NCBI GenBank assembly: GCA_964457755.1
Contig: CAYWGC010000001.1
Location: forward strand, 64,332-128,331
Direction: 5' to 3'
Length of the DNA: 64,000 bases
Source: an uncultured Thermodesulfobacteriota bacterium
GTDB taxonomy: Bacteria; Desulfobacterota; Anaeroferrophillalia; Anaeroferrophillales; Tharpellaceae
Under the pieces are notes generated by a model that was not told the origin of the DNA, did not search any database, and saw nothing but the letters and a program-made list of their open reading frames with translations. Position 1 is the first letter of the stretch. The number at the start of each line of letters is the position of its first letter. Below are positions 19,783-27,051 of this stretch, in pieces. The position numbers and the translations under genes are program-made.

Positions 19783-20694
19783 TTATTTACCTGAAGGCTG
19801 TTCATAGTAAGTGACGGCTTCGTCAATAGTATTTTTTTTAAAAGGATAGATGAGCTTACGTATCAACAGGTTCAAAGGCACAACCGTCACTATCAAGAGC
19901 AGTAGAAAAATCGCATAGATCGTAATCACTATATTGCGCCCTCGGGAATTTGGAGGACCCGCTTTTTTAATCAAACGACTCCAAATCAAAAAACTGCGGT
20001 GAGCGATACGCTCGGACGCTATCAGTTTTCCGTTGACATCAACGGCCCCCAGATTGCACAACATCGAAGCACCACTTATCTCTTCGTCTTTGTGTAAAGC
20101 CTTGCACAAACGTTCGCCGAAACGTGAAGCCGCAACAATGACCGCCTCAGAAATCCCAGCTTTGGGAAAAAACCAGAAAGCATCTTTTTTCCCAGTCAAG
20201 AGCCACCGCGGCGTCGTCACGAAGGTGTAGAGCGATCTCCCTTGATCCGTCAGCACCACGTTATCGACAAGCCGGGCCCCAAGATCATCAAGCAATGATT
20301 TCATTTTCTCCTGGGCGAGCAACCACATATCACGACAGGCGATTACGGTCACAACCGGCTTATTTTTAAAGATGCGTCGAGCCGCTTGACTCTGCAAGAA
20401 ACCGGTCACCGGTATCGAAGGCGAGAGAAACCAGACAGTGTAACCCAGAATAATTAAATCGTACTCTTTGTCAAACTCGAACGCTTCCACAGCGCAGCCA
20501 TCAAGATAGACCGCTTCGGGAAAAGTATTGAAAAATTTATAAAAAGGCCAGGGGTAAGGATATGGACTCAGCGGCTTGATTTCACAATAATCACACTCTA
20601 CCCTATCATCTTGCTCCAGGGGTGAAACAATCCGCTTCAAAACCTTTTCAAGTTGGCCGCTTTGCGAATAGTAAAGTACTAAAACTTTTTTCAT
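19783..20694 (-). CDS. darA: DarA-like protein (dialkylresorcinol biosynthesis partner of DarB) with a C-terminal membrane anchor
   Basis: 303 aa. N-terminus MKKVLVLYYSQSGQLEKVL is the flavodoxin-like start typical of DarA-family proteins. C-terminal TM segment IVITIYAIFLLLLIVTVVPL. Adjacent to the KAS III-like gene, as in darAB(C) loci. Confidence 0.5.
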   Translation of the reverse strand: MKKVLVLYYSQSGQLEKVLKRIVSPLEQDDRVECDYCEIKPLSPYPYPWPFYKFFNTFPEAVYLDGCAVEAFEFDKEYDLIILGYTVWFLSPSIPVTGFLQSQAARRIFKNKPVVTVIACRDMWLLAQEKMKSLLDDLGARLVDNVVLTDQGRSLYTFVTTPRWLLTGKKDAFWFFPKAGISEAVIVAASRFGERLCKALHKDEEISGASMLCNLGAVDVNGKLIASERIAHRSFLIWSRLIKKAGPPNSRGRNIVITIYAIFLLLLIVTVVPLNLLIRKLIYPFKKNTIDEAVTYYEQPSGK

Positions 20695-20712
20695 AAAACC
20701 TTGACTCTTATT

Positions 20713-21297
20713 TTACAACAGCCAGGGAATAAACATCCGCGTCCGCTGCATGTAATCGGCATATTCCGGGCCAAAAAAGATTACATTTTCACGTTCCTCA
20801 ACCTTTGCTGCCACTATGAGGAATGCACTGACCAAAAGAACTATGATAAGATTCAAAAAATTAACCTGTTTGAAAAAAGCCCCCCACCCTAAAAAGAGAA
20901 GCGAGGCATACATCGGATGTCGGACATGGCGATAGAGACCCTCTTCGACCACCGCAACCGTATTTTCAAAAGAGTGGTTCTCCGGCACCTCCTCACGTTC
21001 GGCATGGCCGCCGCACCGTCTTAGAAGGAAAAAAGAGTAAGCCACAAAAAAAACCGAGACCAACAAAAGAGACCAGGAGATGAGCTGCAGAAAAGAAAAT
21101 GGATTTTCAAACCAGTAGGGCTGATTTCGCAAAACTAAAATCAGAAGCCCTTCGAAGACAAAGAAGCGATAGAAACCGTGACTCCCCGGATTAGTTAAGG
21201 CGCGCCGGGAAAAACGCACAAAAAAGATAGTACAGAGGATAAAAAGGGCAATCCGTAACATTAGAGCTTGGCACTTTCCAAAAAGGCATTGTCCCAA
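20713..21297 (-). CDS. Isoprenylcysteine carboxyl methyltransferase (ICMT)/phospholipid methyltransferase family membrane protein
   Basis: 194 aa polytopic protein with the ICMT C-terminal motif EEGLYRHVRHPMY and a downstream Glu. Overlaps the thiH stop. The real start may be Met13. Confidence 0.65.
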   Translation of the reverse strand: MGQCLFGKCQALMLRIALFILCTIFFVRFSRRALTNPGSHGFYRFFVFEGLLILVLRNQPYWFENPFSFLQLISWSLLLVSVFFVAYSFFLLRRCGGHAEREEVPENHSFENTVAVVEEGLYRHVRHPMYASLLFLGWGAFFKQVNFLNLIIVLLVSAFLIVAAKVEERENVIFFGPEYADYMQRTRMFIPWLL

Positions 21298-22388
21298 TCT
21301 TTCCAGACCGCTTCATAACCACGCGCGGCGAGCAATTTCGCGAACTCCGCCGGACTACGCTCATCACTAATGGCAAATTGTTGACCTTCATCACTCTCAT
21401 CACTGTAACCACCTGGGGCCGTACAGGAACCGGAACTCATCTGAGTAATCCCCAAAGGCAGTAGATTATCACGCAACTCAGAACTTTCCCGGGTTGAAAG
21501 AATTAGCCCGGCATCGTGAATCAGGAGGCGTAAAGCACAGATAAACTGGGTCAGTTGCCGATCAGAAACCAGACTGCGCGGCTGAAAACCGCCCTCTGCC
21601 GGACACAAGCGTGGAAAAGAGATGGTAACCTGGGTACGCCAGAAACGCCGGGCCAGATAGAGGGCGTGCAGACCAGTATAGAAGACATCGGTCAAACAGT
21701 CACCCAAACCCAACAGAGCCCCAACCCCAATCCGCCGCAGACCCGCTTCGCCGGCCGCTTCCGGCGCCTGCAGACGAAATTCATAATTACTTTTCGGACC
21801 GTAGGGATGCAGTTCCCGGTAGAGTTCAATATTATAGGTCTCCTGATAGACTGTTAAACCATCAACGCCAGCCTTTACCATCCGCACATAACCGTCAAAA
21901 TCCATGGGGAAAACCTCGATTGAGATCGAGCCACAGAGCGGTTTAATCTGCTTGATGGCCGCTTCCAGAAAATCGATGCCAGCCACTTTCGGAGCCTCTC
22001 CGGTAAGCAGTAAGAGGTGCCGAAAACCATGCTGGCGCAAGACCTGAGCCTCAGCTTCAATTTCAGGCATAGTCAAGGTTCTTCGCGGCATATCATTATC
22101 AGCATTAAAACCACAATATTTACAGCCGTTATGACACTCATTTGAAAGATAGAGAGGGGCATAGAGTTGAATGATACGGCCAAAACGCTGAGAGGTGATG
22201 CGATGGGCCTGGCTCGCCATCTCTTCAAGCTGGTCATCACTGACCTGCGGTGAGAGCAGAGAGGCAAAATCTTCGGGGCTTAAACGAGGCCGTCGTAAAG
22301 CTTGATCTATTTGGGCCGGGGTCGTAGCCAGAATGCGCTCACGCAATTGGGTTTGCGGATATTGCTGAAGTTCTTGCAGAAAACTCAT
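21261..22388 (-). CDS. thiH: 2-iminoacetate synthase ThiH (radical SAM tyrosine lyase)
   Basis: 375 aa. Radical SAM cluster motif YLSNECHNGCKYCGF, characteristic of ThiH. Located in a thiS-thiG-thiH arrangement. Confidence 0.85.
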   Translation of the reverse strand: MSFLQELQQYPQTQLRERILATTPAQIDQALRRPRLSPEDFASLLSPQVSDDQLEEMASQAHRITSQRFGRIIQLYAPLYLSNECHNGCKYCGFNADNDMPRRTLTMPEIEAEAQVLRQHGFRHLLLLTGEAPKVAGIDFLEAAIKQIKPLCGSISIEVFPMDFDGYVRMVKAGVDGLTVYQETYNIELYRELHPYGPKSNYEFRLQAPEAAGEAGLRRIGVGALLGLGDCLTDVFYTGLHALYLARRFWRTQVTISFPRLCPAEGGFQPRSLVSDRQLTQFICALRLLIHDAGLILSTRESSELRDNLLPLGITQMSSGSCTAPGGYSDESDEGQQFAISDERSPAEFAKLLAARGYEAVWKDWDNAFLESAKL

Positions 22389-23161
22389 TATTTGTCCCTC
22401 AAAAATCCGGTTAAAGGGCTTGAGGCTTGGGCTTTCTGGCGCTGTGGACCGAGCCCTGCAAGATAGGCTTGGCGACCGGCTTCAACTCCTTTGCGAAAAG
22501 CCGAAGCCATGGCTGCCGGATCCGGGGTGTCAGCTAGAGCGGTATTGACAAGAACTGCATCAGCGCCCATCTCCATCGCTTCGGCCGCATGCGAGGGAGC
22601 ACCAAGACCGGCATCGACAACCACCGGCACCGTCGCCTGTTCAATGATTATAGCAATCAGATCGCGCATGCGGACCCCGCGATTGCTACCGATCGGGGCG
22701 CCTAAAGGCATTAAGGTGGCAACCCCAACCTCTTCCAGATGCTTGGCTAAAACTGGATCGGCCGGCATATAGGGGAGTACAATAAAACCATCCTTAACCA
22801 GGATTTCCGCCGCTTTCAAGGTCTCGATTGGATCTGGAAGCAGATAGTAGGGATCAGGCGTAACCTCCAACTTTATCCAGGGCTCACATCCGGCCGCCCG
22901 AGCCAGACGGGCTAATCGCACCGCCTCTGAAGCATCGCGGGCCCCACTGGTGTTAGGTAAAAGCAGATAACGTTGACGATCGATATGGGAGAGCAGCGAA
23001 TCCTCGGGGTTGTCAATATCAACCCGACGTAGGGCAACCGTAACAATTTCTGAGCCCGAATGTTCCATGGCCGCAACCATCGCCTGATTCGAGGCAAATT
23101 TTCCAGTTCCAACTAAAAGTCTTGAGTTGAAGGAACGGCCCGCGATTATTAATTTATCCAT
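22388..23161 (-). CDS. thiG: Thiazole synthase ThiG
   Basis: 257 aa. [12 protein letters not shown]...VTVALRR N-terminus and TIM-barrel ThiG family features. Confidence 0.9.
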   Translation of the reverse strand: MDKLIIAGRSFNSRLLVGTGKFASNQAMVAAMEHSGSEIVTVALRRVDIDNPEDSLLSHIDRQRYLLLPNTSGARDASEAVRLARLARAAGCEPWIKLEVTPDPYYLLPDPIETLKAAEILVKDGFIVLPYMPADPVLAKHLEEVGVATLMPLGAPIGSNRGVRMRDLIAIIIEQATVPVVVDAGLGAPSHAAEAMEMGADAVLVNTALADTPDPAAMASAFRKGVEAGRQAYLAGLGPQRQKAQASSPLTGFLRDK

Positions 23162-23198
23162 AATAAGAATATCCCGTAGTTTCTAAAAATAATTGACT

Positions 23199-23399
23199 TC
23201 AACCACCACCAACGAACTGGATCAACTCCAAAGTATCACCATCCCTAAGCCGGGTATCAGCATATCTATCGGCTGTCAAAATATCCCGGTTCAGCTCAAC
23301 CACGACCCGCTCAGGATTAAGCTCCAGGGTTTCAAGCAGCTCCAAGATATTGATAAGCTCCGGAGATTCCCGGTTTTGACCGTTGACAGACAAACGCAT
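23199..23399 (-). CDS. thiS: Sulfur carrier protein ThiS
   Basis: 66 aa beta-grasp protein ending in the GlyGly C-terminus (…IQFVGGG). Lies between thiF and thiG. Confidence 0.8.
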   Translation of the reverse strand: MRLSVNGQNRESPELINILELLETLELNPERVVVELNRDILTADRYADTRLRDGDTLELIQFVGGG

Positions 23400-23413
23400 A
23401 GATCTTCGTTCCT

Positions 23414-24217
23414 TTAAGGTTCTTCACCAAGCAGTAGTCTTAAAACCGCATTGGCTTGATGATGTGCGGCAATCCCGACCCGGGGAGCCAGCAAACCCTG
23501 ACCCGGCTCTACGGCAGTCACAGCGTCACCACAGATATAGAGATTTTCAGCTGCTTTACGGGTCGTAATACTGTTTGCAGGTTCATAGCCAGCCATCCCC
23601 GAAGCCGCCACCAACGGTATCTGCGGAAAGTTACTTAAAAAATGGCTGACCAACATGGTTTTCTGAGCGACCACATCAAAAGCTTCAACCATAACATCAA
23701 CCCCGGAAAAATAAGTTGGCAGATTGACGGAAGTAATTTTTTCATGAATAGCTTTTAGCTCAACGAAGGGATTGATACGCGCTATAAGATCCCGCAAAGC
23801 CAGCACTTTCGGCAGACCGATCTGATCGATAAAATAGTGCTGCCGATTCAGGTTGGAAGGCTCAACCAGATCAAAATCAGCAACCACCAGTTTTCCAACC
23901 CCGACCCGGGCCAAAGCGACCGCAATGTTTGAACCAAGCCCACCGACACCGGCAATACCGACACAGCTGTTTTTGATTTTTTCGTGTACACCTGGCGTAT
24001 GACGAGCCCGCATCAGGGCTTCAAGATCCGTTGCTGTCGGCTGTTCGCCGTGACAAAGCAAAACCACTCGATCGCCATCTTTGAGTTTTTGGTCCTCATC
24101 AACCGGATAACCGTTGACAATTACCAGATCGGCATTCGGTTTCTGGCAATCACGCAGTTCAAAAAGAGAGACCCCGGCCTCAACTTGGAAAAACTCTTCA
24201 TTAACAACTATCTGCAT
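23414..24217 (-). CDS. thiF: ThiF (sulfur-carrier adenylyltransferase, E1-like) with an N-terminal ThiS/MoaD-like beta-grasp domain
   Basis: 267 aa. Residues about 1-65 (MQIVVNEEFFQVEAGVSLFELRD...DGDRVVLL) look like a ThiS-like domain. The remainder, GVGGLGSNIAVALARVGVGKLVVADFDLVEPSNLNRQ, is the ThiF/MoeB nucleotide-binding fold. Confidence 0.8.
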   Translation of the reverse strand: MQIVVNEEFFQVEAGVSLFELRDCQKPNADLVIVNGYPVDEDQKLKDGDRVVLLCHGEQPTATDLEALMRARHTPGVHEKIKNSCVGIAGVGGLGSNIAVALARVGVGKLVVADFDLVEPSNLNRQHYFIDQIGLPKVLALRDLIARINPFVELKAIHEKITSVNLPTYFSGVDVMVEAFDVVAQKTMLVSHFLSNFPQIPLVAASGMAGYEPANSITTRKAAENLYICGDAVTAVEPGQGLLAPRVGIAAHHQANAVLRLLLGEEP

Positions 24218-24517
24218 AAATTAAAAAAGGCCACCATACGGCGGCCGCTATGGCTCTTTTCCACAAAAGGGTTCACAGACGCATACTGCCTGCAGGATCA
24301 CCACTGCAAATATCATAATATATCTACTATATCAATGGCAAAAAAGCCGTTCCTGATCTGAGCGGCAACTACCAGATCAGAAAACGACCCCAGACTGATC
24401 GTCCAGACGAGCCAAAAAAGTAAAAACATATTTTCCCCGGAGTACAATCCATCGCGAAAAATCACTTCATCTTTACTCTAAAAAAAGATCGTGTTATACT
24501 TTTTCTGAATTTTGCGC

Positions 24518-25798
24518 TTACACCGGAAGCCGCTGGAGCAGCGCCTCCAGATAACGCGATTTAAGCTGACGACTGGCCAGAACTTTTTTCACGGGTGGAA
24601 ATTTCAGGATAACCCCCAAAACTGCGGCCAGCGCCCGATGATTCCAGAGCAGACGGTTGTCAAATATAAGATTCTGAAGCTGACCTCTCTCAAGAGCCAT
24701 AACCACAGCCCGATGGGTACCGTCAAACGGCGTAATCACCCGCTTTGGCCGCGATTGCAGAATAATCTTTTTCTCACTGCAGGCCCTGACACAAAGCCCG
24801 CACCCGAGGCAGAGTTTCTCCTCGAAACGGACTACCCTTCTCTTTTTATCATTGGGATCATTGGCACTGGCCAGTGAGAGCGCCTGCACCGGGCAGACAT
24901 TAACGCATTTTCCACATAGCGTACAATTTTCATGATCGATTTCAGGGATAAAATTGGTCGTGTGCACTGGATTGAGAAAAGCGAAGCGGCGGGCGGCAAT
25001 CATTGCCTCACAACAACAACTGCAGCAGTTACAGATAAAGTTGACTTGTTGTCTGACATTTTCACCAAACTGGACAAGCTCATACTCGTAAGCTTTTTGC
25101 AGCAGATCAATACCCTCCTGACGCTCAACCGGGCGGGCAATCTTGTGTTTGATAAGGGAGGCGGCGCTACTGTTAAAGGTCATGCAGATATCGAGTGGCG
25201 CCTTGCAGGCTTTACCCAGATGTTCCATCTTATGACGGCAGTAGCAGAGCCCTACAGCCATATGGCTGGCCGTCTCAATGACCTCAGTCGCCCGTTCATA
25301 ATCGAGAACATAGAGAGCATTATCTGAAGAGAGCGCCGGTTCATGGACAAAGGTGCGGCCGAGCTGGGTTTCGCCCTGGACAAAAAGTTCGCGGACAAAA
25401 TCTTCTTCTACATTAAGATATTGATAAAAAAGTTCACTCAAATATTTCTGATCGATATCGGTGCGCGTCCGCATCAGAGAAAATTCAAAAAAACCAGCCA
25501 TCGGCGGTGGTAGTACATAGACGGATTGACCATCTTCATCAATATCAACGAGCAGGCCACGATCGGCCAGTTCATCAAGAATTTTGCGAGCCCCATTGAG
25601 CTCCATCTTCCAGATGGTTGCCGCTTTTTCCGCCTTAAAAGGTTTTATCGGTAACAACGAAACCAGAGCCGCTTCCCGTTCATTAAAAAGCACCTTGAGA
25701 ATCTTGAAGAGGAGCTCTGAAACCGGAGCCCCTTGCGGAAAATGATTGAGACGCTCAGCCAGTTCTGGGTATCCCGATTTAAGTGTTTTATGAGCCAT
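24518..25798 (-). CDS. 4Fe-4S dicluster domain-containing protein of unknown function
   Basis: 426 aa. Two ferredoxin-type motifs, CTLCGKCVNVCP and CLGCGLCVRAC, plus an extra Cys cluster, CNCCSCCCE. Confidence 0.6.
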   Translation of the reverse strand: MAHKTLKSGYPELAERLNHFPQGAPVSELLFKILKVLFNEREAALVSLLPIKPFKAEKAATIWKMELNGARKILDELADRGLLVDIDEDGQSVYVLPPPMAGFFEFSLMRTRTDIDQKYLSELFYQYLNVEEDFVRELFVQGETQLGRTFVHEPALSSDNALYVLDYERATEVIETASHMAVGLCYCRHKMEHLGKACKAPLDICMTFNSSAASLIKHKIARPVERQEGIDLLQKAYEYELVQFGENVRQQVNFICNCCSCCCEAMIAARRFAFLNPVHTTNFIPEIDHENCTLCGKCVNVCPVQALSLASANDPNDKKRRVVRFEEKLCLGCGLCVRACSEKKIILQSRPKRVITPFDGTHRAVVMALERGQLQNLIFDNRLLWNHRALAAVLGVILKFPPVKKVLASRQLKSRYLEALLQRLPV

Positions 25799-25854
25799 TT
25801 TTTATCCCCCTAAAATCATAGAGACCAAACCAGAACAGATTAAGGAAACCCACA

Positions 25855-27051
25855 ATGAACCAAAACAAGCCACCTTATTTCAGGAGCAAACTGCCCTGGA
25901 TACTATTTCTAACTTCACTTTTCCTGCTTAATTTTCTCGCCCGCGTCCTTTTCTCACCGTTGCTTCCGATCCTTGAAGAGGAGTTAAAAATCGGCCATGC
26001 GGCGGCGGCGTCTCTCTTTATCTACCTTTCCTGCGGCTATTTCGCGGCCCTTTTAGGATCAAGCTTTCTCTCGGCCCGATTGCCTCACCGACTGATTCTG
26101 GCCGGTAGCGCCATCGCCACCGGCAGCGTCCTGTTGCTGGGCGCCACCTGCCAGAGCCTCAACACTCTGCGCCTGATCGCCTTGTTCCTGGGTCTTAGCT
26201 GCGGGCCCTATCTGCCCAGCGCCATCGCCACCTTAACCGACAAGATTGAAAAACAACATTGGGGTAAAGCTCTGGCCATTCACGAACTCGCCCCCAATCT
26301 GGCTTTTACCCTGGCCCCCTTGATCACAGCCATGATGATTGGCCACCTCTCCTGGCGCATGGTTCTGGTAGCTCCGGGAATTATCTCAATTACTCTCGGC
26401 CTGTTATTTCTTAAGTTCAGCTCCGGGGGGCGCTTTTACAGCGAGGCGCCCCGGCTTGAAACCTTTCGCACCCTGGTCACCATGCCGAGCCTCTGGATCA
26501 TGGTCTTTCTTTTTACTCTCGGGATCGCCTCAACCATGGGCCTCTTCAATATGCTGCCCGCCTATCTGGTCAGCCATTTTGGTATGGTTCATGAATCCGC
26601 CAACAAACTGATCAGTCTGTCGCGCGGCTTTACCGTAATCACCGTTTTTTTCGGCGGCTGGGCTACAGACCACATCGGCGCCCGCCGTACTCTGATTTTA
26701 GTTTTAAGCATTACCGGAATCATAACCTTCACCCTGGGCCTGGTTCCCGGACCAGCTCTTAACCTGGCCAAAGCCATGGTTTTTCTGCAGCCCCTTCTGG
26801 CTGTATCTTTTTTCCCGGCCGCTTTTGCCCTGCTTGCCAGCAGCGCTCCAGCTGCATCTCGCAATATTGTCGTGGCCATGACAATTTCGCTGGCTTTTCT
26901 GCTCGGCGGTGGCGTGGTTCCCTATATGATTGGCTTATGCGGCGATGCCGGCCATTTCGGCTTAGGCTTTGCCGTGACCGGTATCTTCATCGCCTCAGGT
27001 GCCGTAATTACACCATTCCTTCGAGTTGGCCAAAATCATAAGACCCCGTAA
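25855..27051 (+). CDS. MFS transporter
   Basis: 398 aa with 12 predicted TM helices. Divergent from the 4Fe-4S protein gene. Confidence 0.8.
   Translation: MNQNKPPYFRSKLPWILFLTSLFLLNFLARVLFSPLLPILEEELKIGHAAAASLFIYLSCGYFAALLGSSFLSARLPHRLILAGSAIATGSVLLLGATCQSLNTLRLIALFLGLSCGPYLPSAIATLTDKIEKQHWGKALAIHELAPNLAFTLAPLITAMMIGHLSWRMVLVAPGIISITLGLLFLKFSSGGRFYSEAPRLETFRTLVTMPSLWIMVFLFTLGIASTMGLFNMLPAYLVSHFGMVHESANKLISLSRGFTVITVFFGGWATDHIGARRTLILVLSITGIITFTLGLVPGPALNLAKAMVFLQPLLAVSFFPAAFALLASSAPAASRNIVVAMTISLAFLLGGGVVPYMIGLCGDAGHFGLGFAVTGIFIASGAVITPFLRVGQNHKTP

Noticed and set aside
26589-26879. Antisense 96-aa ORF inside the MFS transporter gene 25855..27051, and similar antisense ORFs inside oxoprolinase, livG and pcrA
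   Set aside because: They overlap strongly supported genes on the opposite strand with Arg/Ala/Pro-rich translations characteristic of GC-rich antisense frames.
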